Shown: positions 50,012-61,343 of the stretch, piece after piece
Position numbering within the stretch: the stretch's first letter is position 1
Layout: each line of letters begins with the position of its first letter
Source of the DNA: Takakia lepidozioides
Taxonomy: Eukaryota > Plantae > Bryophyta
DNA length: 64,000 nucleotides
Assembly: GCA_030704615.1 (NCBI GenBank)
Contig: CM060734.1
Location: 41,106,001 to 41,170,000 of the forward strand
Direction of reading: 5' to 3'
Position numbers and translations under genes: made by a program
The notes under the pieces: generated by a model
Seen by the model: the letters and a program-made list of their open reading frames with translations, nothing else
Database searches by the model: none
Told to the model about the DNA's origin: nothing

Positions 50012-50211
50012 GTGTTGTACTATAGCAATGGACGTTTTGACGTCATCACTCTGTGAATTACCTCCATTACGGTTGTCTCTCTAGCTCTTTGTATAGAGCT
50101 ATCAAAATGATTAAAACACTCTTTTTTTGCATCATGAACCATTAAACTTGACCGCACATTATGTGCAAACCTTTTTCCTACCGCTGCCAATTTCCAGGAC
50201 ATTAGTCTCAA

Positions 50212-50378
50212 CAACAGTCAGTAGCTCAGTTGGTTAGTGCACTGAGTACCATCCGGATGACCCTGGGATCAAATCTTGATGGGTGTGGTACGCCCTTCTC
50301 CCCCTTCCCTGCGCGGTTGTTGCATCTGCTCCCAGGTGTTTCCCTTTTAAAAAGAAATAAAAAGAAATAAAAATAAAT
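50212..50378 (+). mobile_element. tRNA-derived SINE (family A), internally deleted
   Basis: CAACAGTCAGTAGCTCAGTTGG...GGGATCAAATC...GGGTGTGGTA...GCTCCCAGGTGTTTCCCTTTT plus an A-rich tail. Confidence 0.85.
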
Positions 50379-50472
50379 AGACCCCCATGCAAAAACACCA
50401 CTGTTGAATGTGGGGCATTGGATAAACGGAGAGAAGTGGGGCTGATTTCTCTTCGTTAATATTGTTTCAGTA

Positions 50473-50674
50473 CTGTAGTACCTTGGCAAGATCAACTATC
50501 ATATGTAGAATATTTATTTTATTTTGAGAATTTCATTTCAACATATGGAATATTCCTAAATATACTTTATTACCATTCACAAAGTTCCTTAATTTCACAA
50601 AATCAATTTCCAAAAATTTCAACAATCTTTGAAATATTAAAATTTGTGTCCTCGAAGTTGCCAAGGTACTACGG
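50473..50674. mobile_element. 202-bp Tc1/mariner-type MITE
   Basis: 17-bp TIRs CTGTAGTACCTTGGCAA / TTGCCAAGGTACTACGG (1 mismatch), TA on both flanks, AT-rich interior. Confidence 0.8.
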
Positions 50675-51059
50675 TATACAGAGTAATAGCCAGAGTAATA
50701 GCCAGAGTACGAGGGCGATACAAAAAAGAGAGAATTACCTTCGTCAAAACCTGAATCCCTTGAGAAGATCGCTTTCACTCAAAATTAGGGAATCCTAGCG
50801 GTCCACGATAGGGCCATTTTATGGCACCAATTTCATAAAAATCTGAAAATGCAATTTAAAATAGGCCCTGAAGCCTGTTTTGGCCTTTAAGGGTTAAGGT
50901 GGGTGACAAGCATATGCATCAACCGACTGGACGTTATCTGTCAAAAAGTGAACAATAAAAGTTTGAATTTCAAAAATTTGAATTGTATGGCATGACCAAG
51001 CCTCTTTAACTCCAATCAACCTGCTACTGAATTACGATCCCATCACCAAGCAACCTTTA

Positions 51060-51808
51060 TCCCAATGCCCAAAAACCCGATCGGGGGCTGTCGGGCTCTG
51101 GTACATCTGGAAAGCCAGATGCGCATGGACCCAGGAAATACAAAATCCACTGTCTCATTCATTCTAGCTATGATCTACTTTGACATCCAAACTGAAGCTC
51201 GGAAGGCCTGGGCCAAACTTTCTGCAGACATCAGCAAGCATCCGCAAGCTCAATATCAGCTCCACCAGGACTTCATCACCTCATGGGCAATGCATGGAAT
51301 CGTGTGCACAAGCCCTTCGCCAACAACCTGCATTTGGAATTCCATCCCTCAAGAATGGAGAAATTGCAACTCGCCACTACCCTGAATCGCCAGACTTCGA
51401 CCGCGACAGTTGAACACATCAAGGGCAAGAGTTCGCTGAAGCTCAACTTCGATCACTGATCACATCGTCTTTCTTCCCGGGCTCTCCAGAATGCTCGTCA
51501 AAGTCCTCACTAGGCAGGCAGTTACAAATTTTGATCCTTCTTCGTTGGGGTACAACACAACACTTAATTTTCTGCATTTATGCATCATTGAACTGCATGG
51601 GGTATGGCCAACTATGGTCGACCGTCCTCTCATCCCCGGACCTTTTTGGTCCTCGTCATGGCCGGTTCGGCAGTCTCTCTTGATTATGTTTCGGGCTCCA
51701 ATGGATGTGTATCATGCCTTATGGCATCAACGGGGTTAATTTTTCCCCAAAAATTAATGAATTGGCCCACGCCTTTTTATTAAAAAAAATAAAAATAAAA
51801 AATAAAAT
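51060..51808 (+). mobile_element. L1-type LINE 3' fragment
   Basis: Degenerate ORF2 tail (GLWYIWKARC; ARKAWAKL...FITSWAMHGIVC...CIW), then a UTR and an A-rich tail at 51781-51808. Confidence 0.6.
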
Positions 51809-51827
51809 GTACAAAATGAGAAACGGT

Positions 51828-54800
51828 CTAATGGCGGAAAGCGTAGAAGACTGCGGAGATGAAGATGGTGGCACCACCACCAACCATGGTGACCACAGGT
51901 ATGGCTGCTCGAGTAGACCAAGGGTTGCCGCAGGTGAGGCTGCCAAGCCTGACCTGAACGAGATTCACCATAGAGAGCGTCAGGAATATTGTGCCAAGAA
52001 TAGACCCCACGGCTGAGATTAAAATGCCCAGTCGTAGTAATGTGGGGTTGATTTTGGCTGTTTGTGAGTTAGGACGGTCCTTGGAATTCCCTGAAATCAA
52101 ATGGGACAGTCTTGGTATGTGTTAGAGGAAGACGGAAACAAGCTCGGGGAGAAATAAAGCGCAGCACGAAACAGAGGAGCGAGTGGATAGGGGAAGAGAG
52201 AAGAGATAGCACGCTTATTAGACTTGGATGCTGAGCCTTCGGGCAATAAATGCTAGAGGGAGGGACAGAAACTGTATGGACAGAGACCAGGTGTTCCATG
52301 TTCTGAAGCTCCTCTCCCTCCTCTCCCGACTATGGATTTGAAGTGAAGTCCATACCTATCCCTTGGTTAAGCTGCACTTTGGTGGGTTTCCCTCATTGCT
52401 AACACTGTGGGTCAGCAGCACTTGTATTTCGAAGTGTAAGCTGATGCCAGGTCTTCGAATCATCCAGCCGAAGCTCAGAGAGTTTGTGGATAACGAAGAA
52501 CAAAAGGGACAGATGAACCGTTTGCAGATATGCAACCTTGGCACCTCTGATCTTTCAGCTCTGCCAGGGATTGACTGTCTGTAAGAAGACAGAAGTAGCA
52601 CCCTCTAGTTTTCTAGTCCAAGGGCCAATACAAAATGAAAATGAACGATAACGTGTCACAATGTCCAGCTGACCATGGAATCTCCTAGTCAGGATTGAGA
52701 TGAGCAGATAGGACAAGTGGCCTTGAACAGAACAAATCTGTCCAGACTGAATCTCCCCAATGCCCTCAGAAGACCAGAAATATTCAAAGGAAGAGCAAGA
52801 AATGAAATGAAATGAAATGGTGCTTTATAACGTCCGCGGAAAGCTCATAGAGCTTATGGGACAAAATGGAAAGAAAAACATGAGGAAACAGGAAACCAGA
52901 GTCAGAGAAAAGAACTATTGTTCTCTAACTTGGGTGAATGCCTCGTGCAGGTAGGCTGCCAAGCATTTCTGATCTTCATAGTGAAAGACTTCAGTGAGAG
53001 ATTGGGTTCCACGGAATAGACAATGGAATCTCCCATGCAAGAAAGAAACTTCGTAACTTCCAATTCAATGTCGAGGTTCTCTGAAGCAACCTCATGCAAA
53101 GAGAGACAGAGAAGAAAGCAAGAAATCAAGCTTCAACATACACAGAAAATCCCCCAAAGGGCCCAAGGGAGACATGTATGTAGAGCAACCGAAAATATCA
53201 AAAAAATGGAAACCAAAGAATTACTCAGGTGTGCCAGAAATGTGGAAAACAGCATGCAGGTATGCTGCCAGGCACTTCAGGTCCTCACAGTTAAGGCTTA
53301 GGCATCCCTAGAAGATGTCCTCTCTCTTGTCAATAACCCTACTACAGAACTATGCTTGTGGTGGTTGTTGGGAGACCCACTTTTCAATCTTGTCATTGTA
53401 TTTTCCTCTTCCCCTGGCCTTCATAACACTCCTGCCTTCCTTTCTCTGCCTTTCTTTCTTGCTCTCTTTGTTTTCTTTGTTGTTACACCCTGTTGTCCCA
53501 TGAGCTCTTTCGCCTCCCTGTCACTTCTTAGAAGTGTTTCTCTCCTCTCTCTCTGCCGGTACTTTAACAGGAATTCAACATTTGATAGAGATCTTACCTA
53601 AAACGATGAAGAGCTTGATGCCGTGGGCCACGAGGCTGGAGAACAAGAAGCAGCTGAAGGATATCACTTCAAACAGCATGAGATACCTGTAGGTGTCAAT
53701 CCCCACAAAGCACGAACTCTTTTGGGGTCCTAGCGAAGTTGAAGATTGAGTAGTCTGAGAAGGGGGCGTGAGAGACAGCCCAAGAAACACTGCTACCGTA
53801 AAAGCAGAGTTCACCTGCAACATAAGGTCTTTTTCAGGCTGATTCACACCTCCCTCTCATATCCTCCTGCTCTTACAGCCAACCTTGCCAGAAATGAACG
53901 GGAAGAGAGAGGTGTATTCATTGTTTCTCAGTTGCATATCCACCATAGCATATTAGCCTTGACATCATGGTCAGTTAAATTCCTTAGATCCCAAAATTGC
54001 CATGCTGCTTGCAAAGAACTCGCAAAAAAACACTTGCAGGGGATTTAAGGGCAGATTGTTCACACCAGCCTCCTGGATACAACTCTTAAGTTTTGAGACA
54101 GAGAGATGGACGATCTCTAGCATCAAACATTCCCAGTTTAACTGCACTAAATCTCCATGTTTCATCTCATGGTGGGAAAACGTGAAGAGTAATATACCGA
54201 GACAACTTCATCAAGAGTGGTGACATGCACTTGGTTGACATCCTTTTCCAAGTCCAAGTAGTTATCCTTTCCCAAGTCCAAGTGCTTCCTGAGCTCTTCC
54301 ATCTTTGAATATAGCATTCTGCACCCAACAGAAGCCAACAGCATAGGAAAGGCACTCAAACTAACAGATACAGTAATGACATGTCAGAATAGAAGTCTCT
54401 TTCTCTCTCTTCTTCCCCCTCTTCTCTGTATAGACTCCCCATCTTTAGCAGATGCCTTAAGCTTCAAGGACCAGAAGTGTTGGCATCTTCTGTACATCAG
54501 ACACTCATTACTGAGTCATTGGAGGATTTCAATGTGGTTTTCTCTTGTACTAATTTGTCTCGTGAGCTTCTCATTTCCTTAACCTGAGGCATTTCTTTCT
54601 ACCTCTTTCTTCCCTTTCAAGCCCCATGTCACAACAGTGACCACATCAGGCACCAGAGCCACAATGCTAAGTACAGTTACCCAGGAACACAACCATTATG
54701 GGTGGATTTGTACAACCTGATGGGTTGGAACCCCACATCCGCCTGGGATGCAGGACTTCCACCTGAGGTTACATCATAGAAACGGGCAATGATACATTCC

Positions 54801-55766
54801 AAGTCCTATCTCTCATAAACACACATTGAAAACGCTACTGAAGTCTAATGAGTAAATCCCTCATATTCAACATGATACAAATAGTGGGATGGGTACAGCA
54901 ACACAAGGCTGATTCTTCTTCAAAACTGGGATTGGTTCAGTGGATATGAATTTACTACTCCTCCACAGTGGTACTTGGGACCCCTAGAAGTGAACTCAAT
55001 TTCCTTAGTCAACACCATGGGCTGCAAGATCAGTGTATTTCCATGAGCTAGTACAGCAACTGAGTGAATTTTTCCAGCAATTAGGACGAGAACAAGGTTT
55101 GGACACCTCAACTCTCGCTCTCTCTCTCTCTCTCTTTTTGGCTCTGGTTTTGTTTCGTCTCTCATGTTTTCCATTTTGTCCCATAAGCTCTATGAGCTTT
55201 CAGCGGACGTTATAAAGTACCATTTCATTTCTCTCTCTCTCTCTCTCTCTCTCTCTAGCACTGCCTACTTGGGTAGCATATGATGTTCTTTTTGAATTGA
55301 GTTCTTGAAAATTGTTCTCGCCCTCGGACCCCCTGCAGCCATTATAAATGTCTTTTAGCTTTCTGGCTTCTGTCTGAGAAAGCAAGAAGTAACTTCTTCG
55401 TTACTTCTTTCTTTCTCTCTCCCTTTTATCTCTCGAGGAGTGTGAAAAGACCTAGGTCAGCGGCTCCGCAACACCAAATCCCTTCAATGGCGCCACTAAC
55501 TCCTCTACATATGTTCCGGTCTAAAAATGGAGCGGACAAGCGGACTATAAACACACAATGGGGAGAGAGACTCAATAGACTCTGTGGCCTTGCCCGCAGA
55601 GAGAGAGAAATAGAAACACAGCTCGAGACTGGAAGAAAACGCAAGAACGCGAGAGGACAAAGGAGGTAATGTTACCGTACCCACAATACTCCTTGTTAAA
55701 GATGGTGGTCTCTTTCACGTCTGTGGTTGTACTACCATTCCGACTCACAACCTCCACACTCTCCAT
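51828..55766 (-). CDS. MEE60-like (maternal-effect embryo arrest family) multi-pass membrane protein, 4 exons, ~228 aa
   Basis: Exons 55766-55681, 54318-54198, 53814-53598, 52090-51828 are phase-consistent. Motifs VHVTTLDEVVSVNSAFTVAVFLGLS, FEVISFSCFLFSSLVAHGIKL and LLRLGILISAVGSILGTIFLTLSMVNLVQVRLGSLTCG. Exon 1 is the least certain. Confidence 0.8.
52799..53116 (-). mobile_element. 3' fragment of the (CATTT)n-tailed LINE family in an intron
   Basis: Minus strand reads GRFHCLFRGTQSLTEVFHYEDQKCLAAYLHEAFTQVREQ*, then a UTR and (CATTT)4. Candidate TSD AGCAAGAAAT at 52794-52803 and 53117-53126. Confidence 0.75.
55135..55231 (+). mobile_element. 3'-UTR stub of the (CATTT)n-tailed LINE inside a (CT)n microsatellite
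   Basis: CCATTTTGTCCCATAAGCTCTATGAGCTTT..CGGACGTTATAAAGTACCATTTCATTTC with (CT)n on both sides. Confidence 0.8.
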
Positions 55767-57849
55767 CCGGTCGTCGCCCACCAGCTCAACGGTGGCACTA
55801 TCGCCTGAACGCCTATTTCAGCTCTCTCCTAAGATGGCTGGGGGGTCGATCACAGAAGCAACCGCACCACACTGCGTTCATGCACGACCTTCCCACACAT
55901 ATATACGGGAAACTATGTCATACATATAGAACGCAGTTGCAGCAAAAGTGGTGAGTACCGACAGCATCGACACAGCTCATGTTGAACGCCAACATGAAAA
56001 ACGTGGGTCAATGCAACCAACTCTTTCTCAACAGGATACCGTCCTTTGAAGTTTGCTCTTTCGTCACCTCCGAGCACTCACCAAACTCATCAATGCTGCT
56101 GCTAACTGACATCTCTGGGTCGCCCCATTTGAATTTGCTCTGTCGTCTTAGCTTCACACGTGTGATCACGTGTGTCAAGGGCAGATAGTTTCTACTAAAG
56201 TTTACATTATTTTACTATACACAGATTGTACTGACAGGGGTCTGCCTTATTTACCTCCATGGCCCATAAAGGAGGTTTCTTGTTGCTTCCTTTTTATTCT
56301 AAAGAGCAGACTAGGCATCAATGGTAAAAATTGCTAAGCCCCTCTCTCTTCCTTGCGTGTTATTACCTCCCTGCGTTTGTTCAATACTATGCTACTGGAG
56401 CATGGCGAGTCCTCCTTGCGAATAGTGGAACATACTTTCATCCACAAGAAAGTTGAAAATTCATCTATTTGTTTCTCATAAGTTGTTCAATCAGGCTTGT
56501 TTTCCCCACTAGCTGAGATGGGGCTGTTGTTTCCTTGGAACAAAATAAATAAAAATCAAAGAAAATTTGTAATTGTTCATATTCTAGCATGGCATGTCAG
56601 TACTGGTCAATTTCCATGTAACTCCAAGTGGGATTACTGTGTTAACCTAGTGTAACCCCGAGTGGAGTTACACTTCCTCCCGTGTAACCCAGCTCCGGAG
56701 TTACACTCCCTTGGGTTGCATGTCACTCTCAAGAGGGGGTGGGGAAGATTTGACATGCTACAAATGGCAATGTTGTCGTAGTCATGAACTCATCTTCAAC
56801 GAAGGTAGAGTGGCGGATACACTCTCGCGCAGTTCTAGCAGAAATGCGGCCATCAGGAGCTGTACAATTACCGCGCGATGTAGGAGACGTTAAGGGTTTC
56901 TCCCTCTAGAATCGTGGTTTTTTTCATTGGGACCCCTACAATGCATATGACTTTCGGGCCTGCAAACAAGAACTTGTGGAGGCATGATATGATCTGCCTT
57001 GTGTGAAGTTGCACGTTGGGGCGCCTGTGAGAACGTAACCTTTCTATCACCCTTTGTTGGAACTTTCTTGGCGAGAGTACTAGAAGGTGCATGTGGGTCC
57101 GACAGTGTTTTGATAGTTTGGAGCGACTTTGACATGGTACTGCCAATGTGACAACAGGGAAGTATCCAGAAACAGGTAACAGCTGAGACGAGGTTAATAT
57201 GTCCTGGTCTTAGCCTAATACAAGTGAGGGATTCCACTAATGGATATAGTGTTCCTCCAAGCTATCCGCATGACTGAAATTTCTGCCCCAGTTGGTGGGG
57301 TGGCATAGTTGATCTTGATATACCAGTGGCTGTTGTGTTTAAAAGAAAACTGTAGGGGTCAATTCAAATCAACTGTTTAAAGAAAGTAGGCTCTGGCAAC
57401 TTCACCGGACTTCTACAATCCACAGAGTAGGGAGATTCCGTTGCTCATGGGTGCACCTCTTGGTGGTTACCCCTTTATTGTTTTCAATTTGCTTTCCACA
57501 CAAGTGATAAACACAAGGTATCGTATTAGCTCGTGTCAAATCCTAAGTCACAAATGATGCCAACCTTTTCCACCACCGGCTGCTTGTATTCTTGAACATA
57601 CTCGTGAGAATATCACAGAGACTGTGAAAATCAGTGTTGAGGTAAACTAAGAAGCCTGAATGGCAGACCCCTGACCTCAACTAACGACGGTGAGACTTTC
57701 AGAAGATTAAATTGCTACTGCATTGAACATTGCAATGAGGCTGTGTTGATGAATTCACAGTAAAAGACCCCTGTTCTAAGCTTGAAACTAACTTTCACTC
57801 AGATTACTGCATCGAGGCTAACGCTTAGAGGTCAAATATGGCATGAATT

Positions 57850-60800
57850 TCAGCGGAAAATCATGCGGAAGAGTCTTTCAAGCACAGAGTGGTTGTCTGC
57901 CTTGGGCTGCAAGTCGGGTGAGAGCTCTGAATCATCTAGAGTCTCCTCTTTTGCTTTTAAGGATGACTTCCCGCCTCCTGTATCAAAGGGGTCATCGTCC
58001 CTGTCTCCGTCTCCGTCTGCATAAACATCTGGAAATAGATACCTGCCACACCATCGTCCAGATGGTGTTGTAATATTTCACACAAAACCTGTGTCAGGTC
58101 CTAGGAGGCTTATATTATTTGTTTTGTATCTTTCTGGTTTTGATGCCAGCAAGTCTGAAGGGCAAGTTGGAGGAGAGGGAGGGCAGAAAAAGGTGGACCA
58201 TTACTGAGAGCTGTCACCATGCTAAGAAGCCACTTTGCAGGAAGCGGTATGCGGCAGAGGAGAGAAATATCAGACGTAACAAGGGAAACTACCACTGCTT
58301 CAACTGTTGGTGTTGCCCCATGAAGGCCGTCTTGAGCACAGTAGCAAAGAAAAATAAAAAAACGAGTAAAAGTTTGCCTATGCCCACCTCTCCAACAAAG
58401 AGGAAGAAACAAAAAGAGAATAGAGAAAAATAAAAAACGAGAGAAATTCACCAAAGGGCAGGTGCGAAGGGTCTCAGAAAATACCTGAGATGATCCACGG
58501 GGATGTAGCGAAGGAGCTGTTCGCTGTACCTGCAGACTCCCACAGGCACAAGTTATATAGTTTCTGAATGGTCACATGCTTACCATCACATTTGAACGAG
58601 TGTTGACTACTAACTTTCAAGCCATGTTACGCCAACCCCATATCCACTCTTCAAACTTCACATTCACAATATTACAGCACATAAGATGATGATTTCTGAC
58701 CCTGAAAAGTATCTGCTAACGCTGCGGTGCTCCACCCTTTCACCGATCAGCACCTCCACATTGTCTTGTGCTACATATCTGCGTAAACAAAAAGGCAAGT
58801 CCATCAGAATGATGATCCATGCATCCCTCTCGAGAACTCTTTTCCTTTTCAGAGGGGACCGGAATCAAACTCTACACCAAGAATATGAAATGATATTTTT
58901 TGCTTACTTGGCATTGATTGCACGCCCACCAACTTCATCTGGAAGAATGTAATAAAACGGTTGCTTGGCTCCTGTCGCCCCACCAACGAAACGAGGATTA
59001 GTCATGCCAGGGTCCATCCATCTCTCAAGAAGATGACCAGATTATGAAACGCCAAGAGAAGATACACCATTAAGCGAAGAATAGTAAACTCTAGATACAA
59101 AGCAGCCAAAAATACATACAGGAGGGGCTCTCTTTGCATCTGTGTCAGCCAGTATGTCTGTCTGTCTTCTCATCAAAAAAGGCGTCACTGTTCTTCTTTC
59201 AGCAATGAGGATGTCACACTTTTGGCTTGAGAAAGCCTTCTGCGACAAAAGCTTACTCTCCTCCGTCCCCTCCTCTCTCTCCTACCCCTTAAGTGATTTG
59301 TCTGAACTGACAGGTTTATGCCAAAGGCTAAGGCAATAAAAATGACTGAGGTACCCACTTCTCTATGTCACTTTCTGTCTCCACTGGGAGCACTGCTTTA
59401 TCCAATACACCAGTGGTACTGACTTTGATTAGTCCACTTGCCCTTGTGTCATAAGATATTCGTAACCAGCTAACCAAAGGAACCTCTGGATGCCCAGGCT
59501 ATCAGAGCACTACGGCAGTTCCAACCTGAACTTGTCACCCAACCAGGAGGGGTCATATTTTGCAGAGACTACGACTGCAGGGCTTACACCATCTGTGTGA
59601 TCAAAAGTATCACACTTAATCACTCTTCACAATCCTCTGTGGAGTGCACTTGCAGAAAAGTAAATTTCTCCATGTCTCTCTTTCTGGTCCATTTCATATG
59701 TCAAACACAATGTAAGACAAAGAAAGGTGGGAGATGGCCAACACTCATGCCTGATGGGAGACTCGTAAGGCGTTTCCTTGCTATCCATTCTGTGGGCATC
59801 TTGCACACAGGATCCCATCCATATATTACACCTCTGTCGACCATGCCAACATATCAACAATTAGCAGCCAGTTGAGGTACGCACATCAAAAGGTTTTCAG
59901 TAACACCTGAAGTTGTTCTCAGGCTCAGATGCAACATGGGCAGGTAGAACAGACAATGTCAAGTTCATACTCCAAATCATAGCTTGACACTGAAATAACT
60001 CTAACTAGGGTGAGTGCAGGCCATTTAGGTCACGATGTTCCAAGATCAGAAGACTGGGAACCCTCAAACATTTTGCTGAGCTCCTTCAAAGTCTCCACTT
60101 ACGCACAGACCATTAGAGCTGCCCAGAAAGAGAGAGAAGGGAGAGAGGAGGACCTATATCCATAATGCCGATGCCGCACAACTTGGCCCAGAGAATAGCG
60201 CACTCCTCTTCGGTCTTCCTGCAAGGCCCTCCTGCCAAAACCCTCCCATCAGCTACTCATCCCTTCCAGATACTATCGTTCAAAGGGAATGAAAAGGGGT
60301 TGGAAAACAGGAACAATTTACTTATTGCATCATATGGAGATATCAACTTGGTTTTGTTTACTTAGGCTGTTGGAACAGTCCCCATGACTATGTACTATGG
60401 CTACGATTTACCCCCAAGCAAAGCCTTGAACCCATACTGCCTTTGCACAAGTTGGAGGAGATTCAACAAACGCAATGCCTCAAATCCCCGATCAAGAGCT
60501 TTCTCTGCCATGGCTGAACTCTCTGGAAAATCTGCATTTTTCTGGAAACCCCAGCGAAGGGTTGACAAAGCGCCTGCCATGCCAGGTACAAAGGATAGAC
60601 CTTGATAAATACAAGCATTAAGAAAATGGGCTACATGACCTAAGGGACTGAGAGAGAGGAAAGGCCAGGGAGAGCTTAATCCACAGGATACAAACCCTCC
60701 CAAAGCCAGCTTCAGGGTTTTGGCCCACTAAAGTCTGCAGCTTTAATCCGAATTGCCATGGCAATTCAGCGGAGAAGATTGAGTATTGACTTGAGGCTGG

Positions 60801-60985
60801 TATTGAGACCATCCTTGAACCCATGATATCAAGCCAGCACCGTACAAGGCCGTGTGGGTGGATGGGAGAGAGGGAGAGACAAACTGAAGAGCTATACAAG
60901 GAATGAGAGCCTGATAGAGCCCAGCCCCGAAAGGTTGCAGTACCCGCAAGGGGAAGAGGCTCTAATTTACGCTAAATTCGGTTTG

Positions 60986-61029
<44 letters not shown>

Positions 61030-61343
61030 GACTGAGCCGGAGGCCTACAACGATTTGCGGATCTCAGTCACTAAATGGAAAGCTCCAAAACCCATGACTA
61101 CATTGCAGGTGCAACAGACGAACAAAAGAAAAAGCCTCGGACCATACATCACCAAAACAAACCACAAAATCACAAACCTTCCGTTGTGGAGATTTCAAAA
61201 GGTGGGAGATTTTCATAGCGAGTGACCCCCAACAACTCGCATGTGCGTGGGAGCGCAACGGCAGACCAAGCCTCTCCCATACCTGGCGCCTTCAACATAG
61301 ATCGCAGCACCCTGTACAACACGATCCCTACTTTTTGCCCCAT
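57850..61343 (-). CDS. YccV/HspQ-like (hemimethylated-DNA-binding domain) protein with an LYR-like N-terminus, 8 exons, ~289 aa
   Basis: Exons 61343-61178, 60600-60438, 60231-60154, 59833-59751, 58971-58908, 58778-58701, 58529-58485, 58042-57850 give 870 nt in one frame. The spliced protein has VRYSLGQVVRHRHYGYRGVIYGWDPVC...LPSGAKQPFYYILPD...YVAQDNVE...VEHRSVSRYFSGY...RYIP...RYLFP (YccV consensus). Confidence 0.85.

Noticed and set aside
50708-50898. Mariner-like TACGAGGG start and piggyBac-like AAGGGTTAA end
   Set aside because: No matching partner terminus was found for either motif nearby, so no element can be defined.
56617-56706. CRISPR-like palindromic repeats
   Set aside because: Only three imperfect units with ~8-11 nt gaps, no cas genes, and a eukaryotic context.
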